Of a stretch of 55,893 nucleotides of DNA, positions 36,528-45,411 are shown piece by piece. The position numbers and the translations under genes were made by a program. Source of the stretch: a virus (Duplodnaviria; Caudoviricetes); the IMG/VR virus record IMGVR_UViG_3300044630_003363, positions 1 through 55,893 of that record. One strand, written 5' to 3'. The notes below the pieces were generated by a model that saw only the letters and a list, made by a program, of their open reading frames with translations, had not been told where the DNA came from and searched no databases. How positions within the stretch are numbered: position 1 is the stretch's first letter; each line of letters starts with the position of its first letter.

Positions 36528-37445
36528 ATGGCTATAACAAAAAATCAAGCGCTTAGTGGAACAACCGCAGCGAGAAATAACTTAGTATATATTGATACAT
36601 TAATTACAGGGGCAACTCAACAAGGTTTACTTTATGTTAATGTTGCATCAATGTACATGGACGATGAAATGGCAACAGCTTTGAGAAATAATGGGTTTGT
36701 TGTTAATAAAAGAAATAATTTTAATGGTGAAAACTATGACTATTTTATTAATTGGGGTGGATTGGAACCAACACCAACACCTACTAGTACAGTAACCCCA
36801 TCAGTTACTCAAACAATGAGTGTGACACCAACTAAGACATCTACCGTAACTCCAACCGCAACCAATACTCCAACACTTACTATGACATCTACCATAACAC
36901 CAACTAAAACAATAACCCCTACTAATACTCCTACCCTTACACCAACAATGACTTTAACACCGACTAAGACTGTTACACCAACAAACACCTTAACACCTAC
37001 TTTAACACCTACTTTAACTCCAACTAATACTCTAACACCAACTAAAACCATTACACCAACCAATACTTTAACACCTACCAATACTCTTACCCCAACCATC
37101 ACACCTACTATGAGTATAACACCAACCAGAACTATTACACCAACTAAAACCCTTACCCCAACCCCTACTCCAACCAACACTTTAACGCCAACACCAACAA
37201 ATGTATTAACGGCAACATATTTAATTGCACCATGTACTGGAGGAACCGGATTTAACATGGAATTCCTAATAAATGATTTACCAGCGGTTGGTGGAAATTA
37301 CTATTTACAATTTGTTGGGGCAACAGCAGATGGATGTTATGAAATTGTTGATTCAGCAGAACCGAATACAGGAATAGATAAAGTTATTTCACCAATTGGA
37401 ACAAATTACGGTAATTGTATCACTTGTTTGGCGGCTAACCCATAA
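36528..37445 (+). CDS. Putative virion protein with a ~145-aa Pro/Thr stalk and Cys-containing tip
   Basis: (TPTxTx)n central region; C-terminal APC...GCYE...GNCITC. Confidence 0.75.
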   Translation: MAITKNQALSGTTAARNNLVYIDTLITGATQQGLLYVNVASMYMDDEMATALRNNGFVVNKRNNFNGENYDYFINWGGLEPTPTPTSTVTPSVTQTMSVTPTKTSTVTPTATNTPTLTMTSTITPTKTITPTNTPTLTPTMTLTPTKTVTPTNTLTPTLTPTLTPTNTLTPTKTITPTNTLTPTNTLTPTITPTMSITPTRTITPTKTLTPTPTPTNTLTPTPTNVLTATYLIAPCTGGTGFNMEFLINDLPAVGGNYYLQFVGATADGCYEIVDSAEPNTGIDKVISPIGTNYGNCITCLAANP

Positions 37446-37514
37446 TCAACCCCAACACTTAGTAGTTAAAAACCACTAAAACACAGGTAACTAAAAATAT
37501 TTTGAAAAAAAATG

Positions 37515-37543
37515 AAGTCAGGTTTTATAATCTGACTTTTTTT
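37515..37543 (+). terminator. Rho-independent terminator ending the late block
   Basis: AAGTCAGG...TCTGACTT followed by a T-run. Confidence 0.65.
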
Positions 37544-37592
37544 GTTTATACTTTACATAGATATATTTCTAAACAATTAAATTTTAAAAAAA

Positions 37593-38447
37593 ATGAGTAC
37601 ATTCGAATCAGTACTGGCACAGTACGAAAAAAACAAACAGGTCGCAGGCGGCAACAGTAACAAGGTATCCCAAGAGGATAGAATGAAAAAGTATTTTACT
37701 ACACTTTTACCGAAAGGTTCAAGAAGTGGTGAAAAACGTATCCGTATCCTACCAACGGAAGATGGTAGTTCTCCATTTAAAGAAGTTTACTACCACGAAT
37801 TACAAGTGGATGGTCAATGGGTAAAACTTTATGACCCAAAGCAAGAAGGTAAGCGTTCTCCACTAAACGAAGTTTATGAAGGTCTAATGATGACAGGAGT
37901 AGAAGCCGATAAGGTTTTAGCTCGTCAATATAGAGCTCGTAAATTCTACATTGTTAAAGTAATTGACAGAGAAAACGAACAAGATGGTGTTAAGTTTTGG
38001 CGTTTTAAACACAACAGTAAAGGTGAAGGTATTTTAGATAAAATCTTCCCATTATTTAAAAACAAAGGTGACATTACCGACACAGAAAAAGGACGTGATT
38101 TAATTATTACCCTTGGATTAACTAAAGCCGGTAATGGTAAGGAGTATACAGCAATTACTTCTATTATCCCTGAAGACATCACCTCATTATCAAACGATGT
38201 TGATACATCTAAGTCATGGATTAATGATGAATTAACATGGGCTGATGTATATTCTAAAAAACCAGAAGAGTATCTTGAGATGATTGCTAAAGGTGAAGTT
38301 CCAAAATGGGATGTTGAAACTAAGAAATATGTTTCAAATCTTTCAGAAGAAACAACTTTAATGTCACCATCAAATTCAAAATCAGAACCTATCGTTGACA
38401 TCGACCCACAGGACGATTCCGAGGCGGACGACGACCTTCCATTTTAA
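37593..38447 (+). CDS. Single-stranded DNA-binding protein (T4 gp32-like)
   Basis: RIRILP, FYIVKVIDR, DITD...GRDL, acidic DDDLPF tail. Confidence 0.85.
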   Translation: MSTFESVLAQYEKNKQVAGGNSNKVSQEDRMKKYFTTLLPKGSRSGEKRIRILPTEDGSSPFKEVYYHELQVDGQWVKLYDPKQEGKRSPLNEVYEGLMMTGVEADKVLARQYRARKFYIVKVIDRENEQDGVKFWRFKHNSKGEGILDKIFPLFKNKGDITDTEKGRDLIITLGLTKAGNGKEYTAITSIIPEDITSLSNDVDTSKSWINDELTWADVYSKKPEEYLEMIAKGEVPKWDVETKKYVSNLSEETTLMSPSNSKSEPIVDIDPQDDSEADDDLPF

Positions 38448-38454
38448 TTTAACC

Positions 38455-38500
38455 GAGCTTGGACACCTACATGGACAAAGTGTCCAAGCTCTTATTTTTT
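38455..38500 (+). terminator. 12-bp stem hairpin/terminator between SSB and recombinase
   Basis: GAGCTTGGACAC-N13-GTGTCCAAGCTC then TTATTTTTT. Confidence 0.75.
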
Positions 38501-38528
38501 ATTCATAAAATTACATACAACATAGACA

Positions 38529-39512
38529 ATGGCAAAAATAGTAAAAAAAGAGTTTAACTTCAAAGAGAAGTTCTCTACTAAAACAAAATACAAAGAAACT
38601 AATTTTTATTTTTGCGGTGACGCATTTTTAAACTCATGTGGATTACCGGGACCTGTTATGGGTGGTATTAATATGTTTTTAGGACATAGTAATTCATCTA
38701 AAACAACAGCAATGATATTAGCTGCGGCAGACGCACAAAAAAGAGGTGATTTACCTGTTTTTATTATTACAGAAAAAAAATGGAGTTGGGAACATGCGGT
38801 TGAATTAGGATTACAAGCAACTAAGAATTCAGACGGAGAATGGGAAGGTGATTTCATTTTTAACGATAGTTTTGATTATATTGAACAGGCAACTGATTTT
38901 ATTAATAGTATATTAGATGCACAAGAAAAAGGTGAAATTCCTCACTCAGTTTTATTCTGTTGGGATTCAGTTGGTTCAGTACCATGTAAAATGACATTTG
39001 AAGGTAAAGGTGGTAAAATGCATAACGCATCCGCATTATCTGACAAAATCGGTATGGGAATCCATTCAAGAATTTCAAAATCAAAAAAAGAAGATTACCC
39101 ATATTATAACACAATGATTGTTATTAACCAACCATGGGTTGATTTACCAGATAATCCATTTGGACAACCTGAAATCAAAGCAAAAGGTGGTGAAGCGTTA
39201 TGGTTAGCATCTTCATTGGTATTCTTATTTGGAAATCAAAAGAAAGCTGGTATTAATCATATTACCGCAACCAAAGGAGGAAGAACAGTATCTTATGCAA
39301 TTAGAACGAAAATTTCTATTTTGAAAAACCACGTAAATGGTATTCAATTTAAAGATGGTAAAATCATTGCAGTACCACAAGGTTATATTGATGACACAAA
39401 AGAGGCTTTAGAAGACTACAAAAAACAGTATTCACAATATTGGAACGCGATTCTTTCAGGAACAGGTGAAATTGTTTTAGAAGAAGAAGCAGAAGATTCA
39501 ATCGGGGAGTAA
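38529..39512 (+). CDS. uvsX: RecA/UvsX-like recombinase
   Basis: Variant Walker A GHSNSSKTT, FIITEKKW, WDSVGS, IVINQ, KGGEA. Confidence 0.85.
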   Translation: MAKIVKKEFNFKEKFSTKTKYKETNFYFCGDAFLNSCGLPGPVMGGINMFLGHSNSSKTTAMILAAADAQKRGDLPVFIITEKKWSWEHAVELGLQATKNSDGEWEGDFIFNDSFDYIEQATDFINSILDAQEKGEIPHSVLFCWDSVGSVPCKMTFEGKGGKMHNASALSDKIGMGIHSRISKSKKEDYPYYNTMIVINQPWVDLPDNPFGQPEIKAKGGEALWLASSLVFLFGNQKKAGINHITATKGGRTVSYAIRTKISILKNHVNGIQFKDGKIIAVPQGYIDDTKEALEDYKKQYSQYWNAILSGTGEIVLEEEAEDSIGE

Positions 39513-39541
39513 TTTTCAACCTATAAAACATAAAAAAATAA

Positions 39542-40558
39542 ATGTCCGTACTACTTGTTGATGGTGATAACTTATTAACTATTGGATTCTTTGGATTAAA
39601 GAATCATTTTTACAAAGGGAATCATATTGGAGCACAATATCATTTCATCAACACACTAAGAAGATTAATTGACATTCATCGATTAGATAAAGTCGTAGTC
39701 TTTTGGGACGGAGAACAAGGTTCATCATCCAGAAAAAAATTCTATAGTCACTATAAAGAAAATAGGAAAAGTAGAATCAGAACTGAAGAGGAAATGGGTT
39801 CTTACACTAACCAAAGAAACAGGGTTAAACAATATCTTGAAGAATTATTTGTTAGACAAGGGGAATATGAATTCTGTGAAACAGATGACTGTATTGCATA
39901 TTATTCTCAAAAATCTAAAGAAGAAATTTTAATTTATTCCTCGGATGGTGATTTAACTCAATTAGTTTCAGAAAGAACTCATTTATTTAATCCTTCACAT
40001 AATAGAATATATCAATTAAATGATATGTTTGTTTATGACCATGAAGAGATTCTTATACAAAATATTAAACTTGTTAAAATGATGTGTGGAGACCCGTCGG
40101 ATAATATTGCGGGAATAAAAAATTTGGGGGTTAGAAGACTATTGGCTTTAGTTCCTGAAATTAAAACTCAACCATTAACACTCGAAATTCTAATAGAAAA
40201 ATTTAATGCTCTATTTGAACAAGACCAACATAATAATTTAATAAAGAATCTAATTACAGGGGTTACAAAACACGGAGTGTTAGGAGAGGAGTTTTACAAT
40301 GTAAATAAACGCATTGTAAGTCTTGATGAACCTTTCCTTACTGAAGAGTCAATACCCTCTATAAATTCTCTTATGAATGATATAATGGACCCGGAAGGTC
40401 GTTCCTATAAGAATACAATGAAGATGATGATGGAAGATGGAATATTTCTTCTTCTACCAAAATCTGATGACGCATGGATTAACTTTCTAAATCCATTTTT
40501 AAGACTAACCAGAAAAGAAAAAAATAAAAAATTAATCAAAATAAAAGACAATGACTAA
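39542..40558 (+). CDS. 5'-3' exonuclease/flap endonuclease (T4 RNase H / PolI N-terminal-like)
   Basis: LLVDGDN, VFWDG, ETDDCIA, SSDGDLTQL, GDPSDNIAGIKNLG. Confidence 0.93.
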   Translation: MSVLLVDGDNLLTIGFFGLKNHFYKGNHIGAQYHFINTLRRLIDIHRLDKVVVFWDGEQGSSSRKKFYSHYKENRKSRIRTEEEMGSYTNQRNRVKQYLEELFVRQGEYEFCETDDCIAYYSQKSKEEILIYSSDGDLTQLVSERTHLFNPSHNRIYQLNDMFVYDHEEILIQNIKLVKMMCGDPSDNIAGIKNLGVRRLLALVPEIKTQPLTLEILIEKFNALFEQDQHNNLIKNLITGVTKHGVLGEEFYNVNKRIVSLDEPFLTEESIPSINSLMNDIMDPEGRSYKNTMKMMMEDGIFLLLPKSDDAWINFLNPFLRLTRKEKNKKLIKIKDND

Positions 40559-40994
40559 TCAAGACGCAACAAAATTCGAATTTCTATTAACTTTAGGTAA
40601 AAACATAGTTTGCCAAAGATTCTTTAATGTAAGAGACTATAATGTCGAAGCGAGACGCTCGATTGACATACATGAATATGTAAAAGATATTTGTGAAGAA
40701 ATCTCACATGATTTGAAAACAAAAACATTGGATTATCTAAACGAAAATCAAGATTATTTTTACGGTTTAAAGGATGTGGAAACCGGAGAAAATGATGAAA
40801 AAGAATATTTTTTACTAGTATTAAAGCTAGGTGATGATGTATTTATCCAAAGGATGTTTCCTTCTAATATCTTTCACCCAAAAGTTAGATATACGGTCGA
40901 CATCCGCCCAAGCTTGAAGAGATATCTATCAGATTTAACTGCTATTTTATCTTCTGAGGAATTAGAAACAACTTATTTAAATTATCACTTATAA
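40551..40994 (+). CDS. Hypothetical protein in the replication cluster
   Basis: ORF coupled to the exonuclease gene. Confidence 0.8.
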   Translation: MTNQDATKFEFLLTLGKNIVCQRFFNVRDYNVEARRSIDIHEYVKDICEEISHDLKTKTLDYLNENQDYFYGLKDVETGENDEKEYFLLVLKLGDDVFIQRMFPSNIFHPKVRYTVDIRPSLKRYLSDLTAILSSEELETTYLNYHL

Positions 40995-41006
40995 AAAAAA
41001 ATAATC

Positions 41007-42386
41007 ATGACAGAAAAGAACTTTGGTTTTCTCGGAGCATCATTCCAACAAGCCCTAATACGAGCAATTATTGAAGACAAAAAATATGGGGAACAAATAA
41101 TTGATGTAATCGATAGCAAGTACTTTGATAACAATTCCTTTAGATTTATTATTCAGAACATTAAGGAACATTTTATAAAATATACTAAAATTCCTAATTA
41201 TGACACATTGTCTCAACAGATTGTGTTAGAGTTAAAATCGCAAGAAAATGCAAGAATACATTTGGATACAATATCCGGTATTAAGGAAAACACTCAGGAT
41301 TCGTCTCTCGTAAAGGATGAGGCTTTAAATTTTTGTAAACAACAAAATTTAAAAAAGGAGTTAAAAAGGGTAAATCAAATAATTGACAACGGCTCCTTTC
41401 AAGAATATAATACCATTGAAGGTATTATTCAAAAGGCAATGCAGGTTGGATTACCACCCGAAGAATCTATGGATGTGTTTCATAACATTGATGAGGCGTT
41501 AGAGAAGGACAACAGACACCCAATCCCAACAGGAATTGATGGATTAGATGGTATGTTAAAAGGAGGGTTAGGTAGAGGTGAATTAGGGGTTGTTTTAGCA
41601 CCGACAGGTACAGGTAAGACAACACTATTAACACTTTTTTCAAATACCGCATATAACTATAATTTTAATGTTCTTCAAATATTTTTTGAAGATAATCCAG
41701 CAAACATCAAAAGAAAACATTACACAATTTGGTCAGGTATTGAACCAGATGAACAACCAAACAACAAAGATGAAGTAAAACAAAGAGTTGAAGAGGTTAG
41801 GTCTAAATGTACCGGTTCTTTGAGTATTATTAAATTACCAAGTGATTCTGTTACTATTTCTGAAATTAAAACAAGAATTAGAAAACATATTTCTGATGGT
41901 AAAAAGATTGACTTATTGGTTATTGACTATGTTGATTGTATAACATCAGAAAGGTCAACTAATGGTGAAGAATGGAAAGGTGAGGGTTCAACTATGAGAA
42001 GTCTTGAATCGATGACTAGTGAATTTGATATTGCAATATGGACAGCAACTCAAGGTAATAGAGAGTCAATTTCTTCGGAAGTTGTTACAACAGACCAAAT
42101 GGGTGGCTCAATCAAAAAGGCACAAATCGGTCATGTTGTTTTATCGGTTGGTAAGACATTAGAACAAAAAGAACATAACCTAGCAACTATGACTTTATTA
42201 AAGTCAAGAATTGGACAAGATGGTGTTATTTGGCAGAACTGTACATTTGATAATAGATTTCTAATTATTAATACAGAATCTCAAAGTACATTATTGGGAC
42301 ATAAGGAAGATGTTCAAAAGGACAACGCAACACGAGCTAAAGATGCGTTTATAAAAAGACAAAAGGTCTTGAATCGTGAAAATTAA
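41007..42386 (+). CDS. dnaB: Replicative DNA helicase (DnaB/gp41-like)
   Basis: IPTGIDGLD, APTGTGKT, LVIDYVD, WTATQGNR, LLKSRIG. Confidence 0.95.
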   Translation: MTEKNFGFLGASFQQALIRAIIEDKKYGEQIIDVIDSKYFDNNSFRFIIQNIKEHFIKYTKIPNYDTLSQQIVLELKSQENARIHLDTISGIKENTQDSSLVKDEALNFCKQQNLKKELKRVNQIIDNGSFQEYNTIEGIIQKAMQVGLPPEESMDVFHNIDEALEKDNRHPIPTGIDGLDGMLKGGLGRGELGVVLAPTGTGKTTLLTLFSNTAYNYNFNVLQIFFEDNPANIKRKHYTIWSGIEPDEQPNNKDEVKQRVEEVRSKCTGSLSIIKLPSDSVTISEIKTRIRKHISDGKKIDLLVIDYVDCITSERSTNGEEWKGEGSTMRSLESMTSEFDIAIWTATQGNRESISSEVVTTDQMGGSIKKAQIGHVVLSVGKTLEQKEHNLATMTLLKSRIGQDGVIWQNCTFDNRFLIINTESQSTLLGHKEDVQKDNATRAKDAFIKRQKVLNREN

Positions 42387-42431
42387 TAAAAAAAGTAAAA
42401 ACAAAACAAAACAAAAATATAATTAATTAGT

Positions 42432-44291
42432 ATGGACGAATCACAAAAAATATTATCAGATTTAACGGTATACATGAAGTATGCTAAGTATGTTCCCGAA
42501 TTACAGAGAAGAGAAACATGGGACGAATTAGTAACAAGAAACATGGATATGCACATTAAAAAATTTCCAAAATTAAAAAAGGAAATTAAAGATGTTTATC
42601 GTTATGTTTACGAAAAGAAAGTTTTACCATCAATGAGGTCTATGCAGTTCGGTGGTAAACCAATTGAGATTTCACCAAATAGAATTTATAACTGTGCTTA
42701 CTTACCAATTGACGACCTTGCTGCATTTTCAGAAGCAATGTTTTTATTGTTAGGTGGAACAGGTGTTGGGTATTCAGTACAAAAACATCATGTTGAAAAA
42801 TTACCCGAAATTAGAAAACCAAACCCAAATAGAACAAGAAGATTTTTAATTGGGGATTCTATTGAAGGATGGGCTGACGCAATTAAAGTATTAATGAAAT
42901 CATACTTTGGAGAACAATTATCAACTCCAGAATTTGATTTTTCGGATATTAGACCAAAAGGCGCTCAACTTGTAACATCAGGTGGTAAAGCACCGGGACC
43001 TCAACCATTAAAAGATTGTCTTCACAAACTACAAGGTATGTTAAGTGCAAAAGAAGATGGTGACAGATTAACTCCAATTGAAGTTCATGATATGGTTTGT
43101 CATATTGCAGATGCAGTATTGGCTGGTGGTATTAGAAGAGCGGCATTAATCTCATTATTTAGTGCTGACGACAACGAAATGATTTCTTGTAAATCAGGTT
43201 CATGGTGGGAACAAAATCCACAAAGAGGTAGAGCAAACAACTCAGCTGCACTTGTTAGACATAAGATTACAAAAGAATTTTTCTTGGATTTATGGAAACG
43301 TGTTGAAGCTTCAGGAGCAGGTGAACCTGGTATCTACTTTACAAACGATAAAGATTGGGGAACAAATCCATGTTGTGAAATTGCGTTAAGACCAAATCAA
43401 TTCTGTAATTTATGTGAGGTTAATGTATCTGACATTGAATCACAAGAAGACCTAAATTCTCGTGTTAAAGCTGCGGCGTTCATTGGAACATTACAGGCGG
43501 GTTATACAGATTTTCATTATTTAAGAGATGTTTGGAAAAGAACAACTGAAAAAGATGCGTTGATTGGTGTATCTATGACAGGTATTGGTTCAGGTGTGGT
43601 TTTAGGTTATAACATGAAAGAAGCAGCAAAGGCAGTAAAGGAAGAAAACACAAGAGTTGCTGAACTTATTGGTATTAATAAATCAGCTCGTATGACTACT
43701 GTTAAACCAGCAGGAACGACTTCATTAACATTAGGAACATCATCGGGAATTCACGCTTGGCACAATGATTATTACATTCGTAGAATTCGTGTTGGAAAGA
43801 ATGAGTCGATATATAGTTTCTTTTTAAATAACCATCCTGAATTGGTTGAAGATGAATTCTTCCGTCCACACGATACAGCGGTTATTTCTGTTCCACAAAA
43901 GGCACCGGAAGGTTCAATATTAAGAACAGAAAGTCCATTTCAACTATTAGAAAGGGTTAAGAAAATTACCCAAGAATGGATTAAACCCGGTCACAGAACT
44001 GGTTCAAATATGCACAATGTGTCGGCTACAATTAGTTTGAAACCTGAAGATTGGGAATTAGCTGGTGAGTGGATGTGGGATAATAGAGATTTTTATAATG
44101 GACTATCTGTACTTCCGTATGATAATGGAAGTTACATTCAAGCACCTTTTACTGATTGTACTAAAGAAGAATATGAAAATTTATATTCAAAACTTCATTC
44201 AATCGATTTAAGTAAAGTTATTGAACATCAAGACAACACAGATTTAAGTGGTGAGTTGGCTTGTTCGGGTGGAGCTTGTGAAATTAAATAA
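42432..44291 (+). CDS. nrdJ: Class II (adenosylcobalamin-dependent) ribonucleotide reductase
   Basis: YNCAY, GGIRRAALI, TNPCCEI, FCNL, VKPAGT, C-terminal CSGGAC; no beta-subunit gene adjacent. Confidence 0.9.
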   Translation: MDESQKILSDLTVYMKYAKYVPELQRRETWDELVTRNMDMHIKKFPKLKKEIKDVYRYVYEKKVLPSMRSMQFGGKPIEISPNRIYNCAYLPIDDLAAFSEAMFLLLGGTGVGYSVQKHHVEKLPEIRKPNPNRTRRFLIGDSIEGWADAIKVLMKSYFGEQLSTPEFDFSDIRPKGAQLVTSGGKAPGPQPLKDCLHKLQGMLSAKEDGDRLTPIEVHDMVCHIADAVLAGGIRRAALISLFSADDNEMISCKSGSWWEQNPQRGRANNSAALVRHKITKEFFLDLWKRVEASGAGEPGIYFTNDKDWGTNPCCEIALRPNQFCNLCEVNVSDIESQEDLNSRVKAAAFIGTLQAGYTDFHYLRDVWKRTTEKDALIGVSMTGIGSGVVLGYNMKEAAKAVKEENTRVAELIGINKSARMTTVKPAGTTSLTLGTSSGIHAWHNDYYIRRIRVGKNESIYSFFLNNHPELVEDEFFRPHDTAVISVPQKAPEGSILRTESPFQLLERVKKITQEWIKPGHRTGSNMHNVSATISLKPEDWELAGEWMWDNRDFYNGLSVLPYDNGSYIQAPFTDCTKEEYENLYSKLHSIDLSKVIEHQDNTDLSGELACSGGACEIK

Positions 44292-44493
44292 CGAAAAAAA
44301 TAAAAATAATGATGAAGGGGATGGTCGAAAACTTTCCCCTTCTGATTTTTATATAGAGGACGGAAAATATGTTTTTACTGAGGAATTTCATTTAAAACGA
44401 GGGTTTTGTTGTAATTCGGGGTGTAGACATTGTCCCTATAAAAAAGATTTAGGTGGCTCCCTTAATGGTTCGCGGCCGACCGCAAGCATCTAA
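44278..44493 (+). CDS. Small Cys/His-rich protein (DUF5522-like); start uncertain (GTG 44248 or 44278)
   Basis: FTEEFHLKRGFCCNSGCRHCPY. Confidence 0.7.
   Translation: MKLNNEKNKNNDEGDGRKLSPSDFYIEDGKYVFTEEFHLKRGFCCNSGCRHCPYKKDLGGSLNGSRPTASI
44314..44350 (+). terminator. Terminator-like hairpin after nrdJ, inside the DUF5522-like frame
   Basis: GAAGGGGA-N13-TCCCCTTC then TGATTTTT. Confidence 0.5.
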
Positions 44494-44520
44494 CTTTGAA
44501 AATACAGGGGGCGAATATCA
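44452..44520 (+). ncRNA. Candidate structured RNA element (family not recognised)
   Basis: GC-rich island; GCTCCCT/AGGGGGC outer stem and GCGG-CCGA-CCGC inner hairpin. Confidence 0.35.
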
Positions 44521-44525
44521 GAGAC

Positions 44526-44555
44526 AAATCGAGGACTAAACTCCTCGATTTTTTT
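44526..44555 (+). terminator. Rho-independent terminator ending the replication operon
   Basis: AAATCGAGGA-CTAAAC-TCCTCGATTT plus T-run. Confidence 0.85.
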
Positions 44556-44576
44556 ATTTAATGGTATTTATTAATA

Positions 44577-44906
44577 ATGGGAAAAATAAGATTTGAGGAA
44601 GAACATTTAGATTACTATGATGGTCAGAACAATTATGAACTTGGAGTCTATGAAGATGATGAGATAATTGGGTATGTTTCCTTTGTAATTTTTGAAAATG
44701 AAATTACAGTTAGTGATATATTAGTTAGACCAAATAGAAGAAGAGAAGGGTTTGCTTCAATGTTGATAAAGAAAATGAAACAATTACATCCCGAATCAAC
44801 CTATAAACCTTCACTAAAAACTGACTTAGGTGATAAGTTCATACATAAAGATGTGGAACTAAATGAACAACTTAACAGAATAAAAGATTTAATTAGGGTA
44901 CTATAA
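44577..44906 (+). CDS. GNAT-family acetyltransferase
   Basis: IIGYVSF...VSDILVRPNRRREGFASMLI (acetyl-CoA-binding motif A). Confidence 0.8.
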   Translation: MGKIRFEEEHLDYYDGQNNYELGVYEDDEIIGYVSFVIFENEITVSDILVRPNRRREGFASMLIKKMKQLHPESTYKPSLKTDLGDKFIHKDVELNEQLNRIKDLIRVL

Positions 44907-44957
44907 AAATCGGTTTTCTTATTTATTACTATTTTATCTTTGTTTATATTTATAGGT

Positions 44958-45410
44958 ATGGCAGTAAAGTATGGTATAGATTTTCCATTTAGACAAAGTC
45001 CTGTAGGTGATTTTCTTAATATGACGGAAATACCTGAAAGGGAGATAAGGGCTAATTTAATACACCTCATTCTAACTAGAAAGGGTAGTAGATATTATTT
45101 ACCTGATTTTGGTACAAGACTATATGAGTTTATATTTGAACCTAATGACCAAATTACATTTAACCAAATTGAAGATGAAATAAGAACATCAGTTAGAAAA
45201 TTTATTCCAAATTTAGAAATCAAATCAATTACCGTAACTGCTGCTGACCAAGACCCAGACGAATCTGTTAGTATAAATGAAGGTGAAGATAATAGATTAT
45301 TTAGAGTTTCAAGTTATGCAACAAAACCATATACTGCAAAGGTAAGGGTTGATTATGATATAAATAATGAACCATTTGTTTCGTCTGATTTTATAATTAT
45401 TAACATATAA
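44958..45410 (+). CDS. Baseplate wedge protein gp25-like; start revised to MAVKYG
   Basis: GIDFPF, NLIHLILTRKGSRYYLPDFGTRLYEFIFEP; TATTTATA 3 nt before ATG. Confidence 0.92.
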   Translation: MAVKYGIDFPFRQSPVGDFLNMTEIPEREIRANLIHLILTRKGSRYYLPDFGTRLYEFIFEPNDQITFNQIEDEIRTSVRKFIPNLEIKSITVTAADQDPDESVSINEGEDNRLFRVSSYATKPYTAKVRVDYDINNEPFVSSDFIIINI

Positions 45411-45411
45411 C

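Noticed and set aside
6210-37258. Val/Gly-rich minus-strand ORFs (6210-6410, 16566-17084, 36809-37258) and 35501-35773
   Set aside because: Antisense shadows of Pro/Thr or Pro/Ala repeats in real genes
42397-42417. (AAAAC)n run before nrdJ
   Set aside because: Short A-rich translation-initiation region; no evidence for phase variation or a cobalamin riboswitch
7809-44291. Inteins or introns in polB, helicases or nrdJ
   Set aside because: ORFs are continuous, of ordinary size, with no splice-junction or homing endonuclease motifs seen
44452-44520. HDV-like/theta or twister ribozyme assignment (TCGCGG.CCGACC and GGGGCGAA resemble HDV segments)
   Set aside because: Required P1/P2/P3 pairings could not be built; kept only as an unclassified candidate RNA
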